Under the pieces are notes generated by a model. It was not told the origin of the DNA. It ran no database searches and was given only the letters and a program-made list of their open reading frames with translations. The position numbers and the translations under genes were made by a program. From NCBI GenBank assembly GCA_963664405.1, contig OY761158.1, positions 6,176,001 to 6,240,000 of the forward strand: a DNA stretch of 64,000 nt. Direction: 5' to 3'. This stretch comes from Thermoanaerobaculia bacterium. Lineage in GTDB: Bacteria > Acidobacteriota > Thermoanaerobaculia > Multivoradales > Multivoraceae. Positions within the stretch are counted from its first letter, which is position 1. Every line of letters begins with the position of its first letter. Shown here piece after piece: positions 9,611 through 20,014 of the stretch.

Positions 9611-11113
9611 ATGAAGAAGAGCTCGAGCGCCCCCTCTCGACGCGAGTTTCTCGCCGGAGCCGCCGCGGCCACGGCGACCGCTCTGACCGGATGCGGGGGG
9701 CAGGCCCCGCCGCCGATCCCAGGACCGCGCGCGATCCGCCGCCCGAACATCCTCTTCCTCTTCTCCGACTAGCATCGTGGCGACTGGATGGGCCGCAATC
9801 CGGAGATCCCGGTTCCGATGCCGAATATCGACCGTCTCGCCGCCCGCGGCGTCGACTTCACTCGGGCCATCGTGCCGTCACCGGTGTGTGGCCCCTCTCG
9901 CGCCTGCCTCGCCTCGGGCATGGAGTACGAGAACTGCGGCGTCGAGGTGAACCGCGACAACTACCCGGCGCAGGCGAAGCCGACCTTCTACAAACACCTC
10001 CGTGATGGCGGCTATCACACCATGGCAGTCGGCAAGATCGACCTCCACAAGGGGCCGGCCGGAGTGAGCCTCGACGGGCGCCTACATATGGAGGAGTGGG
10101 GCTTTTCCGACATGCTGATCACCGGCAGCAAATCCGGCCTCTACAACGGCGAGGGTGACCCGACCCGACGCAACGAGTCCACGGTGATCGGCCCCAAAGA
10201 GCCCTATATGGCTTATCTCGATTCGCTGGACCCGCCCCTCGGCCGCATCCACGCCGACGACATCGATCTACGCGCGGTTCCCAAAGACCAGAACTGGTGG
10301 GGTATGACCGACCCGACTCCCCTCGACGACGAGGCTTATAAAGACAACTACACCGCCCGCACCGGGCTCGAGCTGATCGAGCGTGTGCCCGACGGGATGC
10401 CGTGGTTTTCGATCGTCAACTTCAACGGCCCGCATCCGCCGATGGACATAACCCGTCGCATGGAGGCGCACTACCGTGGCCCCGACCGCGTCATCGAGAA
10501 CTTCCCGCAACCCCACCACTACACCGGACCCTTCACCGCTGAACACCACATTCGCATCCGCCAGAACTACGCGGCGATGATCGAGAACATCGACCGCTGG
10601 GTGGGCCTCTGCCAGGAGAGACTGGAGGAGCGCGGGGAGCTCGACAACACCATCGTGATCTACGCCAGCGATCACGGCGAGATGCTCGGCGACCACGACC
10701 TGTGGGGAAAGTCTCTTCCCTACCAGGCCTCTGCGGGAGTGCCCTTGGTGATGGCCGGCCCCGGCATCGCGACGGGGGTGAGGAGCGACGCGCTGGTGAG
10801 CGTGATGGATCTCGCCACCACCTTCCTCGACTATGGCGAGGTCGCGATTCCGAGCGAGATGGATAGTCGCTCATTGCGTCCGCTCCTCGACTCGGGCGGT
10901 GGCCAGCATCGGGACTACCTACGCTCGGCGCTGAAAACGGGCAACGCCGCCACCGGCCGTTTCCGTTCGGTCAACGATCATCGTTACAAACTGGTCGAGG
11001 GCTTCTTCGAGGAGAAGGCGCTCTATGATCTCGAAGCGGACCCTTTAGAAACTGAGAATATTGCCGCGAGCAAGCCATCAGAAGTGGCGCGCCTCGAGAG
11101 GCTCTTCGCGTGA
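9611..11113 (+). pseudogene. Second Tat-lipoprotein sulfatase, interrupted by in-frame TAG
   Basis: ATG 9611 (RBS AGGAG), SRREFL, LTGC. TAG at 9770-9772 where the paralog has CAG (SDQH); the rest is intact with CGPSR. Confidence 0.8.
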
Positions 11114-11415
11114 GCCGGGAGCACCGCAAGGTGGGGCCCTTCGCGACTTCCTTCCGCGAGCTCGAGTATCGTCGCAGTCAGTTCTCCTTCTATCGCAAGC
11201 ACCGACCCGATTGGGAGAGCCGCCTACTCAACCGGCGGCAGCGTTGCAGGTTCTCGCGCCTCGCGGAGGCAATCGGGAGACCCCGTTGCCGTCGAAGTGT
11301 CTGCCGCCAACGCCGGGAGCCCTGTGGCCCTGGCCTCGGCCTCTCCGATCGAGGCCCAGGTAGAGACCGTCGGAACGACGACAATTCGCTAGATCGAACG
11401 CTAAGAAACACGTCT

Positions 11416-12519
11416 ATGTTTCTCCGGCTGCTGCCGCTCGTCCTGATCTCCGCTGTCGCGGTAGGTGCGGCCATGGCGGAAGATTCAACGATAGAAACGC
11501 TGCAGATCTATCTCGTCGATGTTGAAGGAGGCAACGCCACCCTGTTGGTGTCGCCGTCGAAAGAGACGCTCCTGATCGACACCGGTAACGGGGGCGCCAG
11601 GGCCGCGCGCGATGTAGGGCGCATCATGGAAGCGGTCGAGAGCGCCGGAGTGAAGAAGATCGATCACTTGATCACCACCCACTGGCACGGCGATCACTAT
11701 GGCGGAATGGCCGAGCTCGCTACACGGATACCGATCCTCGATTTCATCGACCATGGACCGAGTGTCCAGGCCAACCCGAACACTGACGAATTCGTCGAAG
11801 GTGCGTATCAGAGCCTGGTGGGGAAAGCTCGCCGCACTGTGGTCAGGCCCGGTGATGCAATTCCTCTAGCGGGCGTAGGTCTCACCGTCATGGCGTCGGG
11901 AGGCGAAGTCCTTGAGCGACCCTTGTCAGGCGCCGGGGGGCCGAACCCCTACTGCGCCGACTTCGAGCCCCAGGCCGAGGATAAGGGTGAGAATGCTCAG
12001 TCGGTCGGCGTCCACTTTAGTTTCGGTCGCTTCCGAGGGCTGCATCTTGGCGACCTGACCGTGAACAAAGAGTTCGAATTGATGTGTCCGAACAATCCGA
12101 TCGGTACAGTCGACCTCTTTGTCGTGTCGCACCATGGATTGCCCACTTCGAACTCCGCGGCGCTTGTCCACGCCATCGAGCCGCGCGTCGCCTTGATGAA
12201 CAACGGGACCCGAAAGGGCGGCGACCCGAGAACGATGACCACGCTCTACTCTTCGCCGGGCCTGGAGGATCTCTGGCAGCTCCACTTTTCGGTATTGGGC
12301 GGCCAAGAGTACGCTGTTCCCGGTCTCTTCATCGCCAATCACTTCGATGAACAGCCGGCGGCGCTACCCGTCTCTCCGACGCCGCGCCCCGCACGGGGTT
12401 CCAAGGCAGCTCCGGCTCCCGCCCACGAGGGCACCGCTCACTGGCTCCACGTTGCGGCCCGGCGCGACGGAAGCTTCACAGTTACGAATACTCGGAACGG
12501 GTTCAGCAAGACCTACTGA
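11416..12519 (+). CDS. Secreted MBL-fold metallohydrolase (ComEC/Rec2-like)
   Basis: THWHGDHYGG, LLIDTG, VSHHG; signal peptide. Confidence 0.88.
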   Translation: MFLRLLPLVLISAVAVGAAMAEDSTIETLQIYLVDVEGGNATLLVSPSKETLLIDTGNGGARAARDVGRIMEAVESAGVKKIDHLITTHWHGDHYGGMAELATRIPILDFIDHGPSVQANPNTDEFVEGAYQSLVGKARRTVVRPGDAIPLAGVGLTVMASGGEVLERPLSGAGGPNPYCADFEPQAEDKGENAQSVGVHFSFGRFRGLHLGDLTVNKEFELMCPNNPIGTVDLFVVSHHGLPTSNSAALVHAIEPRVALMNNGTRKGGDPRTMTTLYSSPGLEDLWQLHFSVLGGQEYAVPGLFIANHFDEQPAALPVSPTPRPARGSKAAPAPAHEGTAHWLHVAARRDGSFTVTNTRNGFSKTY

Positions 12520-12564
12520 GATTCTTGGCGTGGGCCTTCCTTATGCGCGGGTTACACTCCGGCG

Positions 12565-14604
12565 ATGCGATCCAGTCGACCGATCCTGAGCCCCGTCGCG
12601 GCACTCGCCGCCACCCTTCTGGCTCAGGCCTGTAGCCTGAGACACGAGGACTGGCCCGTATATCTGGGCGACCCTGGTCGCACCCACTACACGCGCCTCC
12701 GACAGATCAATCGAGACAACGTCAGCCAGCTCGAGCTCGCCTGGGTCTACGATTCCTCGGGCGGGTCGCCAACGACCCGGTCGTCGATGTATGCGAGTCC
12801 GTTGGTGATCGACGGCGTTCTTTATGGGTTGTCGCCAAGACTTGTCGCCTTTGCCGTGAATGCGGCCACGGGTGAAGAGCTTTGGCGCTCGGACCAGGGC
12901 CTCAGCGGTGACGCTCAGCGGGGATTGATGTGGTGGGAGAAGGGCGACGACCGGCGCCTGTTTTTTACTCACGGCAAGGACTTGCTTGCCTTGAACGCGG
13001 AGAACGGGCGGCCGGTCCAGAGCTTCGGTGAGTCGGGCCGGCTCGATCTGACCCCGAAGATAGCGAGAAGGGGAAATATCAGAGTCACCGTACCTGGCGT
13101 CGTGTATGAGGATCTGCTCATCCTCGGCTTCACCACCAGCGAGAGTGAAGACGCGTTTCCGGGTTCGGTTCGTGCCTTCAGCGCGATCGACGGAAAGCCG
13201 GTCTGGCAGTTCGACACCATCCCGGCTCCCGGCGATCCGGGGTCCGAGACCTGGGCGGAGGGGTCGCTCGAGCACGCGGGCGGTGCCAATGTCTGGAGCG
13301 GAATGGCGCTCGACGAAGAGCGGGGCATCCTCTTTGCTCCGACTGGGTCGTCGACGCCGGACTTCTACGGCGCCAACCGCCTGGGCGACAACCTCTTCGC
13401 CAACTCTCTGCTTGCAATCGACGCACGGAACGGAAAGCTCAAGTGGCATTTTCAGGTCGTGCGCCACGACTTGTGGGACAAAGACAATCCCTCGCCCCCG
13501 ACCCTGGTCGAGCTCGAGCGCGACGGCAAGACGATTGATGCGGTGGCGCTCACCACCAAGACCGGACAGCTCTTTGTCTTCGACCGTGAGACCGGCGAAT
13601 CGATGTATCCCATCCACGAGGTGGAAACTCCGCTTCCAAGTACGCTTCCAGGCGAGGTCCCGGCTTCGAGTCAACCGGCTTCGTCGGTCATCATCGCCCG
13701 GCAGGAGTTCGAGATAACCAACCGTAGCGAGGAGGCGCGGAAGTTCGTCGAGGAGAAGATACAGGACTGGGATCTACGGCCCTGGGCACCGCCAAGGGTA
13801 GGAACCGTTCTCTTCTATCCCTGGTACGACGGGGGTGCGGAGTGGGGTGGCTCAGCCTTCGATCCGAACAGCAATCATCTGATTGTGAACTCGAACGAAG
13901 CAGCCGCCATTCTCGAGCTCACCGAGGTTCCGGTTGGCTCGAGTAACTACGGTACCTACGCACGCCACTGCGCCAGCTGTCATGGACTGGTGCTCGAAGG
14001 CACCGACGCGGCACCCGAGCTGCTTGGAGTCGGCAAGCGCCTGGGCCTAGCCGAGATCCGCCGGATCATCCGCGAAGGTACGGGTCGCATGGACGGATTC
14101 GCTTTTCTCGCCGCGGTCGAGCTGCGGGCCGTCGAAAGGTACATTCTCGCGCCCGAGCCCGAGATCGACGAGCCGACGTCGGACCTCTCGTACTTCCTCT
14201 CCAGCGGCTATGTCTACCTACGCGACCACGAGAACCTCCCAGGGAACTCGCCGCCCTGGGGCACGCTGAATTCGATCGACCTGGCTACGGGTGAGATCGC
14301 CTGGAAGGTGCCCTTCGGCGATTACCTCTCGCACCCCGACCTCGGCTTCGGAGCCGTCAACTACGGCGGCCCTGTCGTCACCGCTTCGGGATTGATCTTC
14401 ATTGCGGCGACGCCTGACGAAAAGTTCCGCGCCTACGACACCCGAAGCGGCGAGGTGCTCTGGGAGACCAAGCTGTCCGCCGCGGGCCATTCGACGCCGG
14501 CGGTCTACAGTGTCGACGGCAAACAATACGTCGTCATCGCCGCCGGCGGCGGCCGAACGGGGACGCCCTCGGGCGCCGACTATATGGCCTTCGCCCTCCC
14601 CTGA
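12565..14604 (+). CDS. PQQ-dependent dehydrogenase (quinoprotein glucose DH family) with cytochrome c domain
   Basis: WPVYLGD, GGANVWSGM, WHFQVVRHDLWD, heme motif CASCH, GKQYVVIAAGGG. Confidence 0.92.
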   Translation: MRSSRPILSPVAALAATLLAQACSLRHEDWPVYLGDPGRTHYTRLRQINRDNVSQLELAWVYDSSGGSPTTRSSMYASPLVIDGVLYGLSPRLVAFAVNAATGEELWRSDQGLSGDAQRGLMWWEKGDDRRLFFTHGKDLLALNAENGRPVQSFGESGRLDLTPKIARRGNIRVTVPGVVYEDLLILGFTTSESEDAFPGSVRAFSAIDGKPVWQFDTIPAPGDPGSETWAEGSLEHAGGANVWSGMALDEERGILFAPTGSSTPDFYGANRLGDNLFANSLLAIDARNGKLKWHFQVVRHDLWDKDNPSPPTLVELERDGKTIDAVALTTKTGQLFVFDRETGESMYPIHEVETPLPSTLPGEVPASSQPASSVIIARQEFEITNRSEEARKFVEEKIQDWDLRPWAPPRVGTVLFYPWYDGGAEWGGSAFDPNSNHLIVNSNEAAAILELTEVPVGSSNYGTYARHCASCHGLVLEGTDAAPELLGVGKRLGLAEIRRIIREGTGRMDGFAFLAAVELRAVERYILAPEPEIDEPTSDLSYFLSSGYVYLRDHENLPGNSPPWGTLNSIDLATGEIAWKVPFGDYLSHPDLGFGAVNYGGPVVTASGLIFIAATPDEKFRAYDTRSGEVLWETKLSAAGHSTPAVYSVDGKQYVVIAAGGGRTGTPSGADYMAFALP

Positions 14605-14625
14605 AGGGACGTTCGCCCCTCGGCC

Positions 14626-15662
14626 CTAACGCGGCACGACTGTGAAGTCGGCGGCCCACTCGTGCAGGCCCCAGTGAATCACCAGAGTGCCGCTGTCTTC
14701 GCCTGTCGGCACCAGAACGGCACCGAGCGAGCGCCTCGATTGACCTGTTCGTGAGTAGGTCAGGCCGATTTCCGCGGTATCGAAGGCAGGATTGTGCTGG
14801 GTGCCCCACGAATCCGGCTCGTTGTTGAAAACCAGTCGCCAGCCTCCGGCCGAGCGTTTGATCCAGAGGCCGTAGGAGCCGGGGAAGTCGGGGGCCAGAT
14901 TGTCAGTGGGCACGGCTGCACCGCCGAAGTCGAGCGAGACCTCGGTGCGGAGGCGGATCACCGCCGCTTCGCTGAGACGGATGACATCACCCTCCGCCGC
15001 GGACTCGATGCGGTAGAAGTCGTCGTGGTCGGCGTTGATCGTCTTTCCGTAGAGCATGCTTATCTGCGACCCGTCAGGCCGCGCCAGAGCCGTCTCTTGT
15101 CGCTTGCTCAGGGTGGTAAGCCGCGAAAAGGCGCTGAGATCGCTGTCGAATTCTCGGCGGCCGTCCAGACCAGCGGCCCCGACAGGCTGCGGCCCCCTCG
15201 GCTGCTCACCAAAACCGTAGTCGGCGGTCCATCGGTGCTCGCCCCAAGCTAGAACCAGCTGACCTGCGTCATCAGCGGTTGGCACGAGCGCGGCTGAGAG
15301 GGTTTGAAAGACGCTCTCTTCGAGGCTGTGAGACAGCGGAATCGTACCGACGACATCTCCGCTGGCGGTCGCGCCGTCGGACGCCGCTTGTTGGGCCTCG
15401 AGGGTCCATCCGCTTTCGAGGTGGGAGAGCCAGAGGTCGTAGCGACGACCGCCGCCCTGTTCGCACCCTCGCTGGCACTCAGTGAAGCTGGAAACAGGAG
15501 TGACAAGGGACGAACGCCCAAGGTCAGACGCGACTGCAGTCTGCCTTCTGCCGCGGCATCGGCCGCCCGACTCTCTACCTCGAGGCCGGACGAGAGAAGA
15601 CAGATTGCAAGAGCAAGAGTCAACGGCTCACAATGGAGCGCGCGCACGCTGAATCTCAGCAC
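14626..15662 (-). pseudogene. Split/frameshifted secreted protein, DUF2911-like C-terminal half
   Basis: Signal-peptide ORF 15249-15662 overlaps ORF 14626-15285 in another frame. The C-terminal half has YGLW...W.LVFN..PDSWGTQH.P..D...LVIHWG. Confidence 0.45.
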
Positions 15663-15664
15663 GA

Positions 15665-16384
15665 CTAGTTGTGCCGGGCCGTCGCGCCTTCTTTCGACGG
15701 CGAAGTCGCGTCGTCTTCCAACTCCGCGTAGCTGATGAAACCCAGAGACATTTCGTCGTTGGTTCGGGGGCCGAAGCCAACGGCCAGGTCGCCGTCGAAT
15801 CCACGGCTGGCACCACGCTCGGTCGTTCTGTCGTACCAGAAGTCCACTTCGATGCGAGTGCCCTTCGGCAACAGCTTCGGCTCCTTGTACTTGTAGGTCA
15901 CCTGCCAGGCCTGGTCGTATCGTGGTACATCCAACAGAACCTCTTCGCTCCCGTCCGGGTAGTAGGCAATGTAGCGCGAGGCCGTGGCCCGCAAATGAGC
16001 GTGGGGCCAGTAATTGAGGACCAGCGTGTCTTTCTCGAGAGGGCGGGCCATGCCGATTCGATAGTTTGGCTGGTTCGGCGGAATCTCGAATGCTGAGTTG
16101 CCTAGCGAGTCGGTTATCACCTTGTGGGTAACCGGTCGCTCTTCGACGAAGAACCCGACTTCTGCTTGGCTGGCGAACGAGGTCCCTGGGCCGGGCTCTT
16201 TGTTGAAGTGCAGACTGAAGACCAGAGAGGTTCCCTTCTGGAGAAGCAGGCCATAGCCGTCGGGAAGCATTCCGGACTCACCACCCTCGGCCACGCAGCT
16301 GAGTAAACCGCCGCCGGCGCCCTCGCCGACTTCTGCGGTGTCCGCACCGGCGACGCCATTCACATCCTGGACAAAGGCGCACAT
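15665..16384 (-). pseudogene. C-terminal part of a copper monooxygenase-like (PHM/DBH fold) protein, probably 5'-truncated
   Basis: PHAHLRA, LLDVPRYD..WQ..Y, GPRTNDEM motifs. No signal peptide or N-terminal domain; abuts the divergent TPP gene. Confidence 0.55.
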
Positions 16385-16416
16385 GTGGTGCCGGCGGTCC
16401 CTATAGAATCGCTGCG

Positions 16417-18123
16417 ATGTCCGACTCGGAGAGGAGGGCCCCCCAGACCGTCGCCGAGGCCTATTTGGCTCTGCTCGCTTCGCGCGGCATCGAGTGGCTC
16501 TTCGCCAACGCCGGGACCGACTTTGCGCCGCTCATCGAGGCGCTCGCGGGTGCCGGGGGCGAGGCGGGCCCCAGAGCCGTGGCGGTACCCCACGAGGTGG
16601 TGGCAGTAGGGATGGCCCACGGCTATTACCTCGTGACCGGCCGGCCGCAAGCGGTGATGGTGCACGTCGATGTCGGCACCGCGAACGCTCTGGTCGGAAT
16701 CATGAACGCTCACCGCGCTCAGGTGCCGATGCTCTTTTGCTCCGGCCGCACTCCCTACACCGAGAGCGGCCACCTGGGGAGTCGTGATCTGCCGATCCAC
16801 TGGGGCCAGGAGATGTCCGATCAGGGGAGCCTCGTCCGCGAGCACGTCAAGTGGGATTACGAGCTTGCCGTGGGCGACCAGCTGGTGTCCGCCGTTGATC
16901 GGGCGCTCGCGATCGCCATGGCGCCGCCGCGGGGCCCCGTGTATCTGAGCCTGCCGCGTGAGGTCCTCGCCGAGCCTTGGACCGCGGGTGGCGTCTCGCC
17001 GAAGACCGGCCAGAGCGTGCCGACTCCCGCCGCTCCCGATCCGGCCGCCATCGAGACCGCGGCCGATTTGCTCGCCGCCGCGCAGCGGCCGATGGTCATC
17101 AGCTCCACCTCCGTGCCTCGTAGCGTGTCCAGTCTCGGTGATTTCGCCGATCGTTTCGCCTTGCCGGTGGTCGAGCATTGGTCCCCTTGTCTCGGCCTCT
17201 CGACCGAGCACCCCATGCACGCAGGGTTCGATCCGGGGGGACTCCTCCCAGAGGCCGACGCCGTGCTCGTACTCGACGCGCCAGTGCCGTGGATCCCGGC
17301 GCGCCACCAACTCAGTGACGATTGCGGAGTGATCCAGGTGGCTCCAGATCCCAGCTATTCCCACCTTCCACTGCGTGGCCACCGGGCCTCCGTTGCCATT
17401 ACTTCCGACGTCGAGGCTGCGGTCCAGGCTCTGGGGTCGGTGCTCGAGAGTCGCCTCGATGTCGCCGGCAATGCTCTCGAGCGTCGTCGTCAGGAGCTCA
17501 CGGCTCGGCATCTCGCGGCGCGGGCGACGGTTCGCGAGCGCGCCGCGAGGCAGCCGGAAAGCCCGACCCGACTGTGGGCGAGCCACCTTCTCGACCGCGC
17601 TATCGGCCCCGATGCACTGGTCTTCAACGAGCTCGGCTGTGTACCTCCGGCGATGCGCTTCGAGCAGCCGGGCTCGCTATTTTCTATCTCGATCGCCGGC
17701 GCCTTGGGCTGGAGCTTGCCTGCCGCTCTTGGCGCCCAGCTCGCCGATCGCGACCGCCTGGTAGTCGCCACCGTGGGCGACGGCTCTTACGTATTCGCCA
17801 ATCCCGTGGCCTGTCACCAGGTCGCGGCGGCCCTCGATCTACCGGTGCTGACCGTGGTGTTCAACAACCAGGGGTGGCAGGCCGTGCGGCATGCAACGCT
17901 GGGCCTCTACCCCGAGGGCCACGCTCGAGGAGCCGGCGAGATGCCGCTCACTCGGGTGGCACCCTCGCCACGTTACGACCAGGTCGTCGCAGCAAGCGGC
18001 GGGCACGGTGAGCGGGTGGAGAGAGCCGAGGATCTAGCCGGAGCTTTCGATCGCGCCCTCCGTGTCGTTCGCGAGGAGAGGAGGCAGGCGTTGGTTGATG
18101 TAGTGATCGGCTGGGACGTGTGA
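16417..18123 (+). CDS. Thiamine pyrophosphate-dependent enzyme (acetolactate synthase/decarboxylase family)
   Basis: ANAGTDF, PHE, GDGSY...NNQGW TPP-binding motif. Confidence 0.92.
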   Translation: MSDSERRAPQTVAEAYLALLASRGIEWLFANAGTDFAPLIEALAGAGGEAGPRAVAVPHEVVAVGMAHGYYLVTGRPQAVMVHVDVGTANALVGIMNAHRAQVPMLFCSGRTPYTESGHLGSRDLPIHWGQEMSDQGSLVREHVKWDYELAVGDQLVSAVDRALAIAMAPPRGPVYLSLPREVLAEPWTAGGVSPKTGQSVPTPAAPDPAAIETAADLLAAAQRPMVISSTSVPRSVSSLGDFADRFALPVVEHWSPCLGLSTEHPMHAGFDPGGLLPEADAVLVLDAPVPWIPARHQLSDDCGVIQVAPDPSYSHLPLRGHRASVAITSDVEAAVQALGSVLESRLDVAGNALERRRQELTARHLAARATVRERAARQPESPTRLWASHLLDRAIGPDALVFNELGCVPPAMRFEQPGSLFSISIAGALGWSLPAALGAQLADRDRLVVATVGDGSYVFANPVACHQVAAALDLPVLTVVFNNQGWQAVRHATLGLYPEGHARGAGEMPLTRVAPSPRYDQVVAASGGHGERVERAEDLAGAFDRALRVVREERRQALVDVVIGWDV

Positions 18124-18411
18124 GTGAAGCTCGAAGCAGCGGGGTTCGAGGTCGTCGAGTCGCGTGACGGGCGAGTACCGCGATGTCCGTACCGGCTCTC
18201 TAGCCCAGGAGGAGAGGCTTTCCGCTGAGCTGACCGAGGTGCTCGGTGCCGAATCTCTTCGTACGCGTTTCGACAGCTATCGCAGAAAGCTGCGCGCGGT
18301 CGACGCGGGCCTCCAGCTTCGATCGATGTTTGTCGTAAGGCCCGTCTGACCTCCTGCTATACTCCGAGCTTCCAAAGTTCAACCGCTCTAACGATCCAAG
18401 GGGAGGGAACC

Positions 18412-19242
18412 ATGAAAGCCCGTCTAGTCGGTCTCGCAGTCGCGCTCCTGCCAGCTTTGGCTCCGTCGATCGCGCAGGGCCAGCTCTACAACACCGCCAA
18501 GCAAAAGCTCATGGACGGCAAGCAGGTCATCGGTGGCACGATCTCCTCGCCCGACCCGGCTGTCTACTGCGCGATGGCCAACGCCGGATTCGATTATCTG
18601 TGGATCGAGATGCAGCACAGTCCGCTGACCTATCAGGAGGTCGCGCTGATGATTCGGGCGTGCCCCGGCGCCGCCGCGGTCCCGTTTATCCGGGTGCCCG
18701 ACGCCACCGAAGGCGACATCCAGAAGGCGACCGACATCGGTGCGCTCGGCATTATCGTGCCGATGGTCGCGTCGGTGGAGAAGATCGAGAATGCCGTCCG
18801 CTTTGCTAGCTACCCGCCCCGAGGCGTGCGCAGCCAGGGCGGGGGTCAGTACGGTGCTCTGTGGGGCAGTACCTACCGCAAGACGGCCAACGACAACATC
18901 ATGATCATCGCGATGATCGAGTCGCCGGCCGGAGTCGAGATCGCCGACGAGATAGCGGCGGTTCCCGGGGTCGATGTCGTATTCGCCGCGTCCTCCGACC
19001 TGCGCAGTTTCTCCGGCTATAGCCAAGGCGAGCCGGAGTATGAAGCCTTGATCACCGCAATCCACGACGAGACTCTGAAGGCGGGTCGCAAACTCGGCGG
19101 TCCGGTGGCATGGAGAAATCGCGAAGGATTCAGCTTCTTTCAGGCCCCGCCCGCGACCTCACTGATTCGCCAGGGGGCGAAGGCGCTGCTCACGACGACG
19201 GGTTCGGGAGTGGCTCCTATCGAGGGGTCAGAACGGAATTGA
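18412..19242 (+). CDS. HpcH/HpaI aldolase family, with signal peptide
   Basis: DYLWIEMQH, IRVP, D.GALGIIVPMV, YPPRG.RS, MIES; N-terminus MKARLVGLAVALLPALAPSIAQG. Confidence 0.88.
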   Translation: MKARLVGLAVALLPALAPSIAQGQLYNTAKQKLMDGKQVIGGTISSPDPAVYCAMANAGFDYLWIEMQHSPLTYQEVALMIRACPGAAAVPFIRVPDATEGDIQKATDIGALGIIVPMVASVEKIENAVRFASYPPRGVRSQGGGQYGALWGSTYRKTANDNIMIIAMIESPAGVEIADEIAAVPGVDVVFAASSDLRSFSGYSQGEPEYEALITAIHDETLKAGRKLGGPVAWRNREGFSFFQAPPATSLIRQGAKALLTTTGSGVAPIEGSERN

Positions 19243-19254
19243 CCGAGAGGCAAG

Positions 19255-20010
19255 ATGTACAACACGGTCAAGCAAAAGCTGGCCGAGGGCAAGAAGGTCG
19301 TCGGCGGGACGATCTCCACGCCGGACCCGGAGATCTACCGCGCCATGGCGAACGCCGGCTTCGACTTTCTGTGGATCGAGATGCAGCACAGTCCGCTCAC
19401 CTATCAGGAGACTGCGAGGATGATCTGGGCCGGTCGCGATGCGCCCGCGGTTCCGTTCATTCGCGTGCCGGATGCGACCGAAGGCGACATCCAGAAGGCG
19501 ACCGACATCGGAGCCCTGGGGATCATCCTGCCGATGGTTACCTCCACGGAGAAGGTCACCAACGCGGTCAAGTTCGCCAGCTATCCGCCTCGGGGTGCCC
19601 GCAGCCTGGGCGGGGGGCAGTGCCATGCGCTCTATGGACGGGAGTATCGCCAGACGGCCAACGACAACATCATGATCGTGGCGATGATCGAGTCGCCGCC
19701 CGGAGTCGAGATCGCCGACCAGATCGCCGCGATACCCGAAGTCGATGTCGTCTTCGCCGCCGCGACCGACTTGAGTAGCTTTTCCGGCTACAGCCAGGGC
19801 GAGGCGGAGTACGAAGCGATGATTACGCGAATCCACGACGAAACGCTGGGTGCGGGTCGCGCCCCCGGGGGGCCCTATGCGTGGAAGGACCGCGAGGGAT
19901 TCAATTTCTTCCAGGCCCCGCCCGCGGAAGTACTGCTCCGTCAGGCCGCCAAGGCGCTCCTCGAGACGGCGACGTCGGGTGTTGCCGAAACCGAGGGGTC
20001 GGAACGCTAG
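19255..20010 (+). CDS. HpcH/HpaI aldolase family, tandem paralog lacking a signal peptide
   Basis: Closely similar to the upstream gene; begins at MYNT with RBS GAGG. Confidence 0.88.
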   Translation: MYNTVKQKLAEGKKVVGGTISTPDPEIYRAMANAGFDFLWIEMQHSPLTYQETARMIWAGRDAPAVPFIRVPDATEGDIQKATDIGALGIILPMVTSTEKVTNAVKFASYPPRGARSLGGGQCHALYGREYRQTANDNIMIVAMIESPPGVEIADQIAAIPEVDVVFAAATDLSSFSGYSQGEAEYEAMITRIHDETLGAGRAPGGPYAWKDREGFNFFQAPPAEVLLRQAAKALLETATSGVAETEGSER

Positions 20011-20014
20011 CCCC

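Noticed and set aside
9770-9772. Pyrrolysine or genome-wide TAG recoding
   Set aside because: The paralog has Gln (CAG, one transition away), and many genes in the window end properly at TAG.
8168-9775. Long antisense ORFs (also 22975-24330, 32848-34833, 45665-47194, 53775-55190)
   Set aside because: Shadow frames opposite well-supported genes in GC-rich DNA, with no recognisable motifs.
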